This document shows positions 18,724 to 27,991 of a stretch of DNA of 64,000 nt, one piece after another. The stretch lies in the IMG/VR virus record IMGVR_UViG_3300025867_000005. One strand, written 5' to 3'. Source of the stretch: a virus (taxonomy: Duplodnaviria > Caudoviricetes). A program made the position numbers and the translations under genes. Positions within the stretch are counted from its first letter, which is position 1. Each line of letters opens with the position of its first letter. Below the pieces are notes generated by a model that saw only the letters and a program-made list of their open reading frames with translations, did no database searches and was not told the origin of the DNA.

Positions 18724-18764
18724 AATAAACAGATGATATTTTAAAAGACACACTGGAGCTAAAA

Positions 18765-20495
18765 ATGTCGGAATCCATTTTTTTGAAAATATCTAAAATC
18801 GCCAAATTTCTTTCAGCCGATGGGAAATGGGTAAAGTTTAATTCAAAGTCTCAGAAGCAGGGTTGGAAAAGGAAGAAAGACGGCGGAGGATTTGAATACC
18901 GCTATCAAGACAACGATCCTAACAAAGAAAATAGTTCTGTTGAAAAAAAAGCAATTGAAGACTTAAAGAAAACTAGTGTATTCCGGGATATTGATAATTT
19001 CGGAGAAATTATTGATTCTAAACCAACAGGTAAAAAAGGTATATATCAAGTCACAATAAAACGGGGTTATAAAGAGAAATATGAAGTTGAAACTTCAGAT
19101 TCGGAACTTGGAGTCATGGGGATTAAGAACAAAATACTTGCCAATAGACTGTATAAAACAGCGAACGTTCTTCTCGGACCCGTCTTTCTTTCAGAATTCC
19201 AAGGGAAGCCAGCGATTTTCACAGAGAAGGAGGATACCAGCCTTGACACTCCTGAACTTAAAGAAAATGCTATCGAAACGTCATTCGGTGAAAACTTCCG
19301 TAAAGGATTTATTATTGACGTTTTGCTTGGTAACAATAACGTTCTTGGAAACAATTTCCAAAACGTAGAGATTGTTGGTGGTGTAGTCAGAAGGGATAAC
19401 AAACACACATTGCTATTCAGGGAAGGGGGTATTGACAGTCTTTCAGATCAAGCCGTAGAACTGTATGATTTCAGGGACAAAAACAAATACCCGCAGTTGG
19501 CAAAATTCTATTCAAAGATCAGAGATGATGAAATCATAAAGCAGATTTCAAAAACGGCGATAGCTCTGAATGATGATGTCTTAGCAGACATTGTTACAGA
19601 AATGTTCCCGTCTCCAGAAGAATCAGAGATAGCCAAAAAGTTAATAGATAAGCTAATCAAAAGAAAAAAATATTTGTTGGACTTTGCGAAAGTCAAGGCT
19701 GTTGAGATGATACAGGAAAAGGTTCTTAAGAGAAAGGAGAAATACATTGTCGGACCCGGTATTGTGGAAGAAAAGACGATGACGACAGCAGAAGCAAAGT
19801 CAATCCGCAACTATTCTGATACTGATTATATGCCTATAAACAAATATCTTCGTGGAGAATTAAATCATAATGAGATAAAGGAAACGCCATTTGAAACAGA
19901 AGTCGGAATCAAGGATGCTTGCAAGACGCTAGTTCAGGCTTTGCAGAAACTACCGGCACATGAAGGAATCGTTTATAGAGGTTCTGAAGTAGATGAAGCC
20001 AGCCTCATTTCCATTATGGGGATGAAGCCAGGTGATTCAATCTATATGAAGTCTTTCACCTCAACAAGTAAATCAGAATCTAACGCATTAGAATTCAGTA
20101 CTGATGTTTTGTTTGAAATCGAAAGTCGTACCGGTAGAGACATTTCACATATGAGTGAATATCCTACAGAAGAAGAAGTCATTATGTCACCTGATACTAG
20201 ATATGAAGTGAAGTCAATGGAGTTCGAACAAGAATATATCCGCCTGAAGCTCAAAGAACTTCTCCCAGAAGAAGGTAAAACAAGGTTGTCCGTCAACCTT
20301 AAGAAGAACAAAAAGATGGACCCGAATGAAGTCAGAAAGTTCCTTTTGAAGAATCCGAAGCTTACACGGAAACAACGTGAACGTATTATGCGGCTTAATC
20401 CGGATCAATTGATTAAAATCATTCTGGCAATATTCTCCAAGAAAGGCAACAAGGTAAAAGAAGAATCTAACAAGTTTACAGAAATCTTCATTTAG
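18765..20495 (+). CDS. ADP-ribosyltransferase (VIP2/Alt-like, R-S-E) with a degenerate kinase-like domain; leader-tagged
   Basis: INKYLRG, VYRG, FTSTS, YPTEEEVIM; N-terminal ISKIAKFLSA|D. Confidence 0.85.
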   Translation: MSESIFLKISKIAKFLSADGKWVKFNSKSQKQGWKRKKDGGGFEYRYQDNDPNKENSSVEKKAIEDLKKTSVFRDIDNFGEIIDSKPTGKKGIYQVTIKRGYKEKYEVETSDSELGVMGIKNKILANRLYKTANVLLGPVFLSEFQGKPAIFTEKEDTSLDTPELKENAIETSFGENFRKGFIIDVLLGNNNVLGNNFQNVEIVGGVVRRDNKHTLLFREGGIDSLSDQAVELYDFRDKNKYPQLAKFYSKIRDDEIIKQISKTAIALNDDVLADIVTEMFPSPEESEIAKKLIDKLIKRKKYLLDFAKVKAVEMIQEKVLKRKEKYIVGPGIVEEKTMTTAEAKSIRNYSDTDYMPINKYLRGELNHNEIKETPFETEVGIKDACKTLVQALQKLPAHEGIVYRGSEVDEASLISIMGMKPGDSIYMKSFTSTSKSESNALEFSTDVLFEIESRTGRDISHMSEYPTEEEVIMSPDTRYEVKSMEFEQEYIRLKLKELLPEEGKTRLSVNLKKNKKMDPNEVRKFLLKNPKLTRKQRERIMRLNPDQLIKIILAIFSKKGNKVKEESNKFTEIFI

Positions 20496-20501
20496 CCTTA
20501 C

Positions 20502-20536
20502 TTGACAAGACCTACTGTTTTGTGATAACCTATAAT
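20502..20536 (+). promoter_or_regulatory. Possible sigma70-type promoter
   Basis: TTGACA at 20502, TG-n-GATAAC at 16-nt spacing, and TATAAT at 20531 (23-nt spacing, non-canonical). Confidence 0.45.
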
Positions 20537-20559
20537 CCACATTAAGAAAGGAATAACTT

Positions 20560-20961
20560 ATGTGGATTTTTAGTAAGTTCGGGTTTTACAGCATCGTTCA
20601 TAAAGACGGCGGATATCAAGTTAGGGCGCGTGAGAAGAAAGACCTCTCAAACATTATCAGCGCTTGTGGTTTTTTTGACAAAGAGATTAAAGAATCGGTA
20701 TTGACTGATTATCAATATCGTATCTGTGTCAGCAAGGAAGAAGTCTTTATCATCATGGAAATCCTTGGAGACAGTATTGATTATTCTAATTTCAAAAGCA
20801 TGATCGATAGCCGTCCAGATCAAAGGAACAAACCCTATCATAAGATTTGGAATGTTTTGGCAACTGCTTTGGGATGTTACGGTGAATTTTTCGACAAGAT
20901 TCAATTTCAGATTCCGAGGAACAAGGGTCGTCGGGAATTCTTCTGGGGAGTCGGAACCTAA
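20560..20961 (+). CDS. Hypothetical protein between the two ART genes
   Basis: 133 aa; MWIF...GFYSIV...VRAR...TDY.YR...IDY.NFK; AAGGA RBS. Confidence 0.75.
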   Translation: MWIFSKFGFYSIVHKDGGYQVRAREKKDLSNIISACGFFDKEIKESVLTDYQYRICVSKEEVFIIMEILGDSIDYSNFKSMIDSRPDQRNKPYHKIWNVLATALGCYGEFFDKIQFQIPRNKGRREFFWGVGT

Positions 20962-20978
20962 AGTCATATCATTGTTTT

Positions 20979-20985
20979 TTTGATA
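20979..20985 (+). promoter_or_regulatory. Putative phage late-promoter element TTTGATA
   Basis: Upstream of the second ART gene. Confidence 0.55.
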
Positions 20986-21017
20986 AAGGCATCTTCCTTT
21001 TAAGAGAGGGTGTCTTT

Positions 21018-22766
21018 ATGTTTTTAACACAATGTCTTATCAAAATCGCCAAAATAATCATTTCAGATGAGAAATGGGTCAAGTTTGAATCCGATTCAGA
21101 AAAACAGGGATGGAAGAGAAAAAAACCTGAAGGAGGGTATGAATACCGATATCAAGAGAAAGACCCTAACTTAGAGACGACTAAAGAAAAAACGGAAGGA
21201 CTGCCCAAAGAAATAGCAGAACTTGAATCTTTAAGAGCGATTCCAAAGTATGTCGGGGATGAATGGTTTCACAATATTAAAAGCGTTGATAAATTAGGTG
21301 GCAGCACCGGCGCTGTGAAGGTTGTGACAGAAAATACCTTCGGAACCGTAAATGAAATGGTCGTGAAAACATATGAAAACAATGGCGGCATTAATCAGAT
21401 CAAGAACGAATATCTTGCCAACAGTCTTTATCGTCAGTTAAATGTCAGTGTTCCAGAGACATATGTCGGATATTACAAAGGCAAACCCGCTCTAATCACG
21501 AAGTTTTTGCATGGTAAAGAAGCGCAAATAGAAAACGATAGAGGCATTCTCAAAGGATTCGTTGCTGACGCCTGGCTTGCCAACTGGGATTCTATAGGGC
21601 TGTCTGGAGATAACGTGTTGTATTCCTTCGGCAACACGTATAGAATCGATAATGGCGGTGCGTTGCTGTTTCGGGCACAAGGAGAACCAAAGGGTAACGC
21701 TTTTGGGGATGAAGTAACAGAACTTGATAGCCTTAGAAGTCCTGAAATTAATGTGATGACAGCAAAAGCTTTTGATCAGATAAAAGATTCTGACATCATG
21801 AAACAAGCAATGGAACTTGAAATAAAGATGACAGATGAAAAAATCAGGTCAGTGGTAGAATCTGTCTATAATTCAGATCAAGAAGCGGACTTTGCTAAGA
21901 AACTTTCTGATAGACTGATCAATCGTAAAAAATACATTATTTCTTACGCTAAAAAGTTGGCGATTAAGCGGATTCAAGACAATGTCTTGAAAAGAGAAGC
22001 CCGTTATGTCGTCGGAGAACCGAGTGGAAAAAAGATAACTGTCACTGATAATAAAACAATAAGAGACTATACATCATTAGGTTTCATGGAAATAAACAAG
22101 TATTTGAGAGGAAAAATAGATGATCCTTCAGATGAACCCAAATTTCGTAAAAAAGCCTCTAATCTTGTTACAAGTTTGAAAAAACTACAACCTTATACCG
22201 GTAAGGTTTATCGCGGATCTCACTTGGATGACGCGACAAAACTCGTTATGGCGACAATGAAGCCAGGTGATTTGATTTACATGAAGGCGTTCACTTCTAC
22301 TAGTAAATCAGCATCAAAAGCGGAGCAATTCACTTCAGATGTAAATTTTGAAATCGAAAGTCTAACGGGAAGAGAAGTAGTTGCTTATAGTAAGTATCCT
22401 ACAGAAGAAGAAGTTATTATGTCGCCTGATACCAGATATGAAATCACAGATATTCAAATAACCCCAGATCCGTATTTGGGAAATGCGTTAATCAGAATCA
22501 AGATGAAGGAATTACTTCCTGCACAGAGAGAGACAAAGCTTCCTGTTAACATGAGGAAGAAAGAACCTTCCGCGAATGATTTAAAGGATTTTCTTTTGAA
22601 GAATCCAAAACTTACGCAGAAACAAAGAGAAAGGATTATGCGCCTTCCTCTTGAAGACTTGAAGAAACTTGTTCTTATGATGTTCGCACACGGGAAGAGA
22701 AACCGTGTCGTCAACGATGATGTTACAGAAGAACAAAGCGGAAAGTTCACAGAAGTTTTTATTTAA
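21018..22766 (+). CDS. HipA/PI3K-like kinase + ADP-ribosyltransferase; leader-tagged
   Basis: GGSTGA, VVK, NEYLAN, DAWLANWD, DN, RIDNGG; VYRG, FTSTS, PTEEEV; N-terminal LIKIAKIIIS|D. Confidence 0.85.
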   Translation: MFLTQCLIKIAKIIISDEKWVKFESDSEKQGWKRKKPEGGYEYRYQEKDPNLETTKEKTEGLPKEIAELESLRAIPKYVGDEWFHNIKSVDKLGGSTGAVKVVTENTFGTVNEMVVKTYENNGGINQIKNEYLANSLYRQLNVSVPETYVGYYKGKPALITKFLHGKEAQIENDRGILKGFVADAWLANWDSIGLSGDNVLYSFGNTYRIDNGGALLFRAQGEPKGNAFGDEVTELDSLRSPEINVMTAKAFDQIKDSDIMKQAMELEIKMTDEKIRSVVESVYNSDQEADFAKKLSDRLINRKKYIISYAKKLAIKRIQDNVLKREARYVVGEPSGKKITVTDNKTIRDYTSLGFMEINKYLRGKIDDPSDEPKFRKKASNLVTSLKKLQPYTGKVYRGSHLDDATKLVMATMKPGDLIYMKAFTSTSKSASKAEQFTSDVNFEIESLTGREVVAYSKYPTEEEVIMSPDTRYEITDIQITPDPYLGNALIRIKMKELLPAQRETKLPVNMRKKEPSANDLKDFLLKNPKLTQKQRERIMRLPLEDLKKLVLMMFAHGKRNRVVNDDVTEEQSGKFTEVFI

Positions 22767-22808
22767 ACTTCCATAAGCTAGGATACCTAATACAATGGGG
22801 GATTTCAT

Positions 22809-24737
22809 ATGGATACCAAAATGAAAGAAGCAATCACTTCACTTATTAAAAACCGCAGGTTTCAAAACTGGTGCTTGATTATATTGGCATCTGTTGTCGC
22901 GTATATCACGGGCAAACGGATTCTCAAATATTACGGTGTTCGTCCTAGCAAAAAGGATAAAAGAGATTTTGGAATTTCTATGGCCGAAAATCCAGCCAGA
23001 TTCCAGAATTCTTTCTGCCTTCCATTGCCGGTATTAAAGAATCAGCAAACGGTTTCAAGTTGTCATGACGATCAAACTGAGGTTATGACGAGATATGGAT
23101 GGAAATTCTTTAAAGAAATATCTTCTAGTGATTTATTAGCAAGTGTAAATCCAGAAGACGGAAACCTAATTTTTGAAAATCCTATCAATATATTGCGTCA
23201 AAGGTATATTGGTAAAATGATATATGGTACACATAGAAGTATTGATTTTATGGTTACACCGAACCATAAAATGATTGTAAAGAAATGGGAAGAAAGTAAA
23301 AGGGTTCTTTCTGAAAAATATTCGGTAGTAGATGCATCCGATCTTGGATTTTGTGTAGGACTTAGAACGGATTTCTATCAAAACAAAAAAAAGCAAGAAG
23401 TTATTATTTTACCAGAAGAAAAGGTGTCTAACGGGAATATCCTTCCGAGGATGGAAATAAAACTTTCTGATTGGGTTAAATTTTTAGGGATATATTTAGC
23501 AGAAGGTACGATGCTTGATCCTTCTCGCCATTATCCCATTCAGATAGCGGCCTTTAAAAACCGAGAGCGTTCATTTGTGGAAAATTTGTTTAACAGGATG
23601 GGAATTCACGGAGTGTCTTCTAAAGATCGTTATGTTGTTTCAAATAAAAGAATATGGTCTTTGTTGTCTGGATATGGTCTTTATAAGGTAAAATCATATG
23701 ATAAGTTTGTCCCTGATTTTATTTTCGATCTTGATTCTGAATTGATTAAAGATTTTCTTTATGGTTTCGCGATGGGAGATGGGTATTTCACCAAAGAAGG
23801 AGAAGTCCGTTATTATACATCTTCGAAGCTTCTGGCAGAACAATTAAGAATGTTGATGGTTATGAGTGGAAGTTCCACCACAATGTATACGAGGGATGTT
23901 CGTGGTAAAAAATGTTTTCTTAAAGACGGAAGGACTATCATTTCTAAACATATTGGATATGTTATAAACCAATGGAAAACGAATAGTTTAGGGCTAAACA
24001 GAAAAAAAAATATAAAAGAAGTTGACTATGATGGATATGTATATTGTGCTGAAGTACCAACATATCATACTCTTATTACAAGAAGAAATGGGAAAGTCCT
24101 ACTTTCCGGCAACTGCTGCGCACACAGCATGTCTTATATCGCGGAATCCATATTGCCGAAATCAGGAGATTATAACCTCGATAGGGTAAGCGTAGGCTGG
24201 ATATACGGCTACCGCCCAGCAGGTTATTATCAGGGAGAAGGAATGTATCCTCGGCAGGCTCTTAATACGATTCAGAAAAAAGGCGTCATCAGGCATAGGG
24301 ATTTCCCCTATAACGAAGAAGTCCCGGCCGTCATTAACCGAGTCAACGGAAGTCTGGATGATTTACTGAAGAAGGCGGAACCCAATAAGATACCGGTATT
24401 CTTCCAGTTGAAGACCGATGATGAAATCAAACAGTGCCTTACAAAATACGGACCTGTTTCTATTATGTATCCAGTTTACGATTCTTTCAATACTCCTGTT
24501 GAAGGGAAAATTGAAACAGCAAGAGGTAAGTTTTACGGATATCATCAAGTTACGCTTTACGGATGGACAGGGGATTGTTGGCTGATGGTAAACAATTGGG
24601 GCAACTGGGATGAAGACGGAATCGCATATATCCATAAATCTTATCCTTGGCAAGAAGCATGGGGACTTTCGGTTGATCCTTCAGCAGCGATAGAACCTCA
24701 AAAAAAAACTTCTTTTCTAAAATCGTTATTTGGATAA
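22809..24737 (+). CDS. Papain-like (C1) cysteine peptidase with an N-terminal membrane anchor, interrupted by an intein
   Basis: NQQTVSS|intein|CCAHS, EGMYPR, GPV, GYHQV..YGW, VNNWG..W...G. Confidence 0.85.
   Translation: MDTKMKEAITSLIKNRRFQNWCLIILASVVAYITGKRILKYYGVRPSKKDKRDFGISMAENPARFQNSFCLPLPVLKNQQTVSSCHDDQTEVMTRYGWKFFKEISSSDLLASVNPEDGNLIFENPINILRQRYIGKMIYGTHRSIDFMVTPNHKMIVKKWEESKRVLSEKYSVVDASDLGFCVGLRTDFYQNKKKQEVIILPEEKVSNGNILPRMEIKLSDWVKFLGIYLAEGTMLDPSRHYPIQIAAFKNRERSFVENLFNRMGIHGVSSKDRYVVSNKRIWSLLSGYGLYKVKSYDKFVPDFIFDLDSELIKDFLYGFAMGDGYFTKEGEVRYYTSSKLLAEQLRMLMVMSGSSTTMYTRDVRGKKCFLKDGRTIISKHIGYVINQWKTNSLGLNRKKNIKEVDYDGYVYCAEVPTYHTLITRRNGKVLLSGNCCAHSMSYIAESILPKSGDYNLDRVSVGWIYGYRPAGYYQGEGMYPRQALNTIQKKGVIRHRDFPYNEEVPAVINRVNGSLDDLLKKAEPNKIPVFFQLKTDDEIKQCLTKYGPVSIMYPVYDSFNTPVEGKIETARGKFYGYHQVTLYGWTGDCWLMVNNWGNWDEDGIAYIHKSYPWQEAWGLSVDPSAAIEPQKKTSFLKSLFG
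23061..24113 (+). mobile_element. Intein with LAGLIDADG endonuclease (351 aa)
   Basis: CHDDQTEV start, VTPNHKM block B, FLGIYLAEG and FLYGFAMGDG, VYCAEV, ends LSGN|C; DNA visibly AT-richer than flanks. Confidence 0.9.
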
Positions 24738-24750
24738 GGAACAGGTTTTA

Positions 24751-25416
24751 ATGACAGACAAAATAAGTGTTTTCCTTACGGCCTATAGTCGTATAGACAA
24801 TGTGGAACGGATACTGGAATCACTGTCTAAGCAAACGTTTTCAGATTTTGATGTTGTTCTCATCAACAATAATATCAAGGAACGTTCAAGAATTTCTTCA
24901 ATGGTGTGGGATAATCCTAACTGCATGAACATTTGGGTATCTGATCAGGGATACAATGCCGGAACCGTTGCAAGATATGTGGAAGCTCGCACAAGGGATT
25001 GCGACTTCTCCATTTTCCTTGATGATGATGTCATTTTAAGAAGAGAAAGCATACAGTCTCTTGTAGACCAACGGGAAAAGGGGAAAGCCAAATCTTGTCT
25101 AGGATATGACTTTACAGACAAGATAGATGACAGTAAAAAGGTCTACAGAGGGAAAGCCAAAGCTATCGGGACGGGGATGATGATCTTTGATACCGACATC
25201 ATACGTGATGATTCTTTCCTCACTAGTTGGAAACCCGAATTTTATGTCTGTGATGATTTGTGGTTTTGCCGCTATGCAGGTCTTAACGGATATCAGATTG
25301 AAGTATCTCCTGAAATCAAGGTTTTCCTTCAGAAGCCGGAACCCGAATCCATGATCCGGACAATTACCGTAAGGAAACGCAAGCAGGAATTCATAGACGT
25401 ACTGGACTGGCACTGA
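24751..25416 (+). CDS. Glycosyltransferase family 2 (GT-A)
   Basis: ISVFLTAY.R...LESL..Q, VVLINN, FLDDD, CDD. Confidence 0.85.
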   Translation: MTDKISVFLTAYSRIDNVERILESLSKQTFSDFDVVLINNNIKERSRISSMVWDNPNCMNIWVSDQGYNAGTVARYVEARTRDCDFSIFLDDDVILRRESIQSLVDQREKGKAKSCLGYDFTDKIDDSKKVYRGKAKAIGTGMMIFDTDIIRDDSFLTSWKPEFYVCDDLWFCRYAGLNGYQIEVSPEIKVFLQKPEPESMIRTITVRKRKQEFIDVLDWH

Positions 25417-25417
25417 A

Positions 25418-25600
25418 ATGTATTGGAAATGGACAGAAGATAGAAATGGTGTCTACGTAGATGATTTCGGAAAGAGATATCAGATAGAGAATATCAGTGA
25501 TGAAGAATATGATAGTCTTCCAGATAAGACTGGCTTCAAAAAACACTGGTCAGAAGAAAGATTCATCGAATTAGCCGGGTTACGTCGTTATGATCCCTAA
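25418..25600 (+). CDS. Small hypothetical protein
   Basis: 60 aa, tightly packed between the two GT genes. Confidence 0.55.
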   Translation: MYWKWTEDRNGVYVDDFGKRYQIENISDEEYDSLPDKTGFKKHWSEERFIELAGLRRYDP

Positions 25601-26216
25601 AAACCTGTTTATGGCATGGTCTGGAAGTATTCCCCCCGAATGGGCCGCAAAGGCGTTCCAGGAGTACCAGGATTGCCTTGGGAGTAGTTGGACGTATGAT
25701 TTCATTACGGAATTTAAGATGCCTTCTGGGCACGTTTTAAGCCGTGAAATCGATAAGCTTCCGAATCTCGTCTACAAGGCTGATATTTACCGTCTGTGGC
25801 TTCTGGAAACATATGGTGGAATTTGGGTTGATACAGACACAAGACCGATACGGGATTTGTGCCCGTTGTTAGAGAATGAAGCCTTCGCCACTTGTCACAG
25901 AACTTCTTCAAGAGATCCTTTAGACAGCTTTCATATCGATAGTTGTATCCTCGGGCAGGAAGCCAACGGTATTCTTACTAAAACCGTTTTACCTCAAGCT
26001 TTGGTTAGCCAAAACAAAACAAGATACAGATTCGGAATCAATGAATACCTTACAGGGAAATGTCCGTCAGAGATTATGATAGGAGCCTTTGATGAGGCCG
26101 CGACAAAGCCGGAACTTTATGATTTTGTGAAATGCCGATTCAAACAGATCATTCCGAAAAGAAATGATTCGTTTATCAGGCATTATCTCACGAATCTTCA
26201 TTTGAATAAAATTTGA
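25590..26216 (+). CDS. DXD glycosyltransferase (GT32/OCH1-like)
   Basis: MIPK....W, KADIYRL..L..YGGIWVDTD. Confidence 0.88.
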   Translation: MIPKNLFMAWSGSIPPEWAAKAFQEYQDCLGSSWTYDFITEFKMPSGHVLSREIDKLPNLVYKADIYRLWLLETYGGIWVDTDTRPIRDLCPLLENEAFATCHRTSSRDPLDSFHIDSCILGQEANGILTKTVLPQALVSQNKTRYRFGINEYLTGKCPSEIMIGAFDEAATKPELYDFVKCRFKQIIPKRNDSFIRHYLTNLHLNKI

Positions 26217-26233
26217 TATGATGCCGTACTAAT

Positions 26234-26806
26234 ATGAACAAAGATGATAGAATTTTTATCCTATGTGGAGATTATGGAATCACAAATTCCTTTAATCGCA
26301 TCTTTGATAGGATTTGGACTAATGCCAACACCGGACATAGTTTTGAGATTGTCAAGAAAGAGAAAAGAGAAGAGTGCGATGGCAAGTCTGTAGGTGGATT
26401 CGACGGGGACGGATGGGATGCAGTAGTTTGGCAGATTCATGGGGAAGCATCTGATTCTGTATTTGAAGCAGGGGACTGGGAAACAGGAGAGTTTGAACTC
26501 GTTTCCAAGAATGGGAATGGTAAAGGGGACAATCTTCTTATTGTCAAAGGAAGCCGTTCAGGGATTGAAAGCCTACAGAAAATTTTCGATAATGCAATGT
26601 CTGAATTGGAGAAAGAAGATTCGGAATATGCATCTATCAAGCTTTTCAGTGATGACAGCGAAAAGATCTATTTGGGAAGTGTGTATAAAGATGAAGGTAG
26701 TGATGGCTTTGGATTTTATGTTGTATTAGACGCAGACAAACGGTTTGATAACCCGATAGAATTGATGCAGAAACTAGGAATGGAAATCAACTTTTACAGG
26801 AGATAA
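26234..26806 (+). CDS. Acidic hypothetical protein
   Basis: 190 aa; preceded by TTTGATA at 26212. Confidence 0.7.
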   Translation: MNKDDRIFILCGDYGITNSFNRIFDRIWTNANTGHSFEIVKKEKREECDGKSVGGFDGDGWDAVVWQIHGEASDSVFEAGDWETGEFELVSKNGNGKGDNLLIVKGSRSGIESLQKIFDNAMSELEKEDSEYASIKLFSDDSEKIYLGSVYKDEGSDGFGFYVVLDADKRFDNPIELMQKLGMEINFYRR

Positions 26807-26807
26807 A

Positions 26808-27164
26808 ATGGACTACAAAACAGAATTGATGAAAATAGCGAAACTGATTAAGGCTGAAGAAACAGGAATTGAATATACCGAGAAGAATAGCAAAGATCAC
26901 AATTTCAAATACAAGGCAGATACGATCAGGGTTTACGACAATCCTAATCAGTTAAAGCGTTTTACCGCCGTTATTACCGGTAGGGAATGGGATGAGCCTG
27001 GAAGTACCGACAAGTCTCTAATTCGGTTTGACATGAATGGTAAGACGGTTTTCGCTACTGGCAAGGAAGATCAGAAGCTTGGTAAACCCGTGGCTTGGAA
27101 AAGCATCCCTGCGGCGGTACAGAAGAAAGTTTTAAATCAGCTATCCGGCAAATGGGAAGAATAA
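26808..27164 (+). CDS. Leader-tagged hypothetical protein
   Basis: MDYKTELMKIAKLIKA|E; AGGAG RBS. Confidence 0.75.
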   Translation: MDYKTELMKIAKLIKAEETGIEYTEKNSKDHNFKYKADTIRVYDNPNQLKRFTAVITGREWDEPGSTDKSLIRFDMNGKTVFATGKEDQKLGKPVAWKSIPAAVQKKVLNQLSGKWEE

Positions 27165-27191
27165 CCTACCGTCTTAAACGGGAGCTTTCAG

Positions 27192-27602
27192 ATGCTGACT
27201 AGTCAAAATCTTAATAGAATCTCTTTTTTTGAAGATAAAGACATCGACAATAATTCACTAGATGCCGATATCAAGCTTCTTGGATATTTCTTTGAGAACT
27301 TCTTAGATTCGTCATATATCAAAAAGGGGATGAAAAGCTTATCTGAAAACGGAAACTATCATTGCATTCTTGTATTGCGGGATGAGAAAACGAGAATCAA
27401 AATAGAAGCAGAATCTAACGGCAAAGACAAATCCGTCAAAGTCTACATCAACGAAACGATGAGAAGTTTTAGTGATAAAGAAAATCTTGTTAAAGCTTGT
27501 AGGAACTTGGAAAGAGACGCTTCAGACAACAACCTTATCCCTTTTTCAAAAGAAGGATTGGCTTATCTGTCTTGCAAGGACCATCTATCAGAATTCAGGT
27601 AG
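27192..27602 (+). CDS. Hypothetical protein
   Basis: 136 aa; GGGAG RBS. Confidence 0.65.
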   Translation: MLTSQNLNRISFFEDKDIDNNSLDADIKLLGYFFENFLDSSYIKKGMKSLSENGNYHCILVLRDEKTRIKIEAESNGKDKSVKVYINETMRSFSDKENLVKACRNLERDASDNNLIPFSKEGLAYLSCKDHLSEFR

Positions 27603-27607
27603 CAAAA

Positions 27608-27868
27608 ATGGACTACAAAACAGAGCTTAAAAGACTGGCAGTTGAGATTCATGGGAAGAATAGGACTGCCGCAACGACACAAGATGTCGCCTTGGCATTC
27701 ACAAAGTATCTGATAGGCGACAGAGAAGTCGCTATTAGAGATCTTCAGAAACTGAAGACTATTCCAAATCAGGTTTTGGGATTTGAATACCATGAAGACA
27801 ACTATAATCAGATTTTTGACAAGCTTTATGCAAGACTTCTTCAGGCGATTAAGTCTGGATTGTCATAA
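27608..27868 (+). CDS. Leader-tagged small protein
   Basis: MDYKTELKRLAVEIHG; start region identical at DNA level to that of 26808. Confidence 0.7.
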   Translation: MDYKTELKRLAVEIHGKNRTAATTQDVALAFTKYLIGDREVAIRDLQKLKTIPNQVLGFEYHEDNYNQIFDKLYARLLQAIKSGLS

Positions 27869-27870
27869 TT

Positions 27871-27877
27871 TTTGATA
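27871..27877 (+). promoter_or_regulatory. Putative phage late-promoter element TTTGATA
   Basis: Recurrent intergenic motif. Confidence 0.55.
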
Positions 27878-27991
27878 TTGGTTTCAGATTTAGAGCCTTT
27901 CCACAAGAGGCTGAATCAGAAAGATGGTCTTTCTGATTTGCGGTTTAGGAACTAATGCCGTGAAGTGGGGAAAAAGTTCAAAGGTGAGAAT

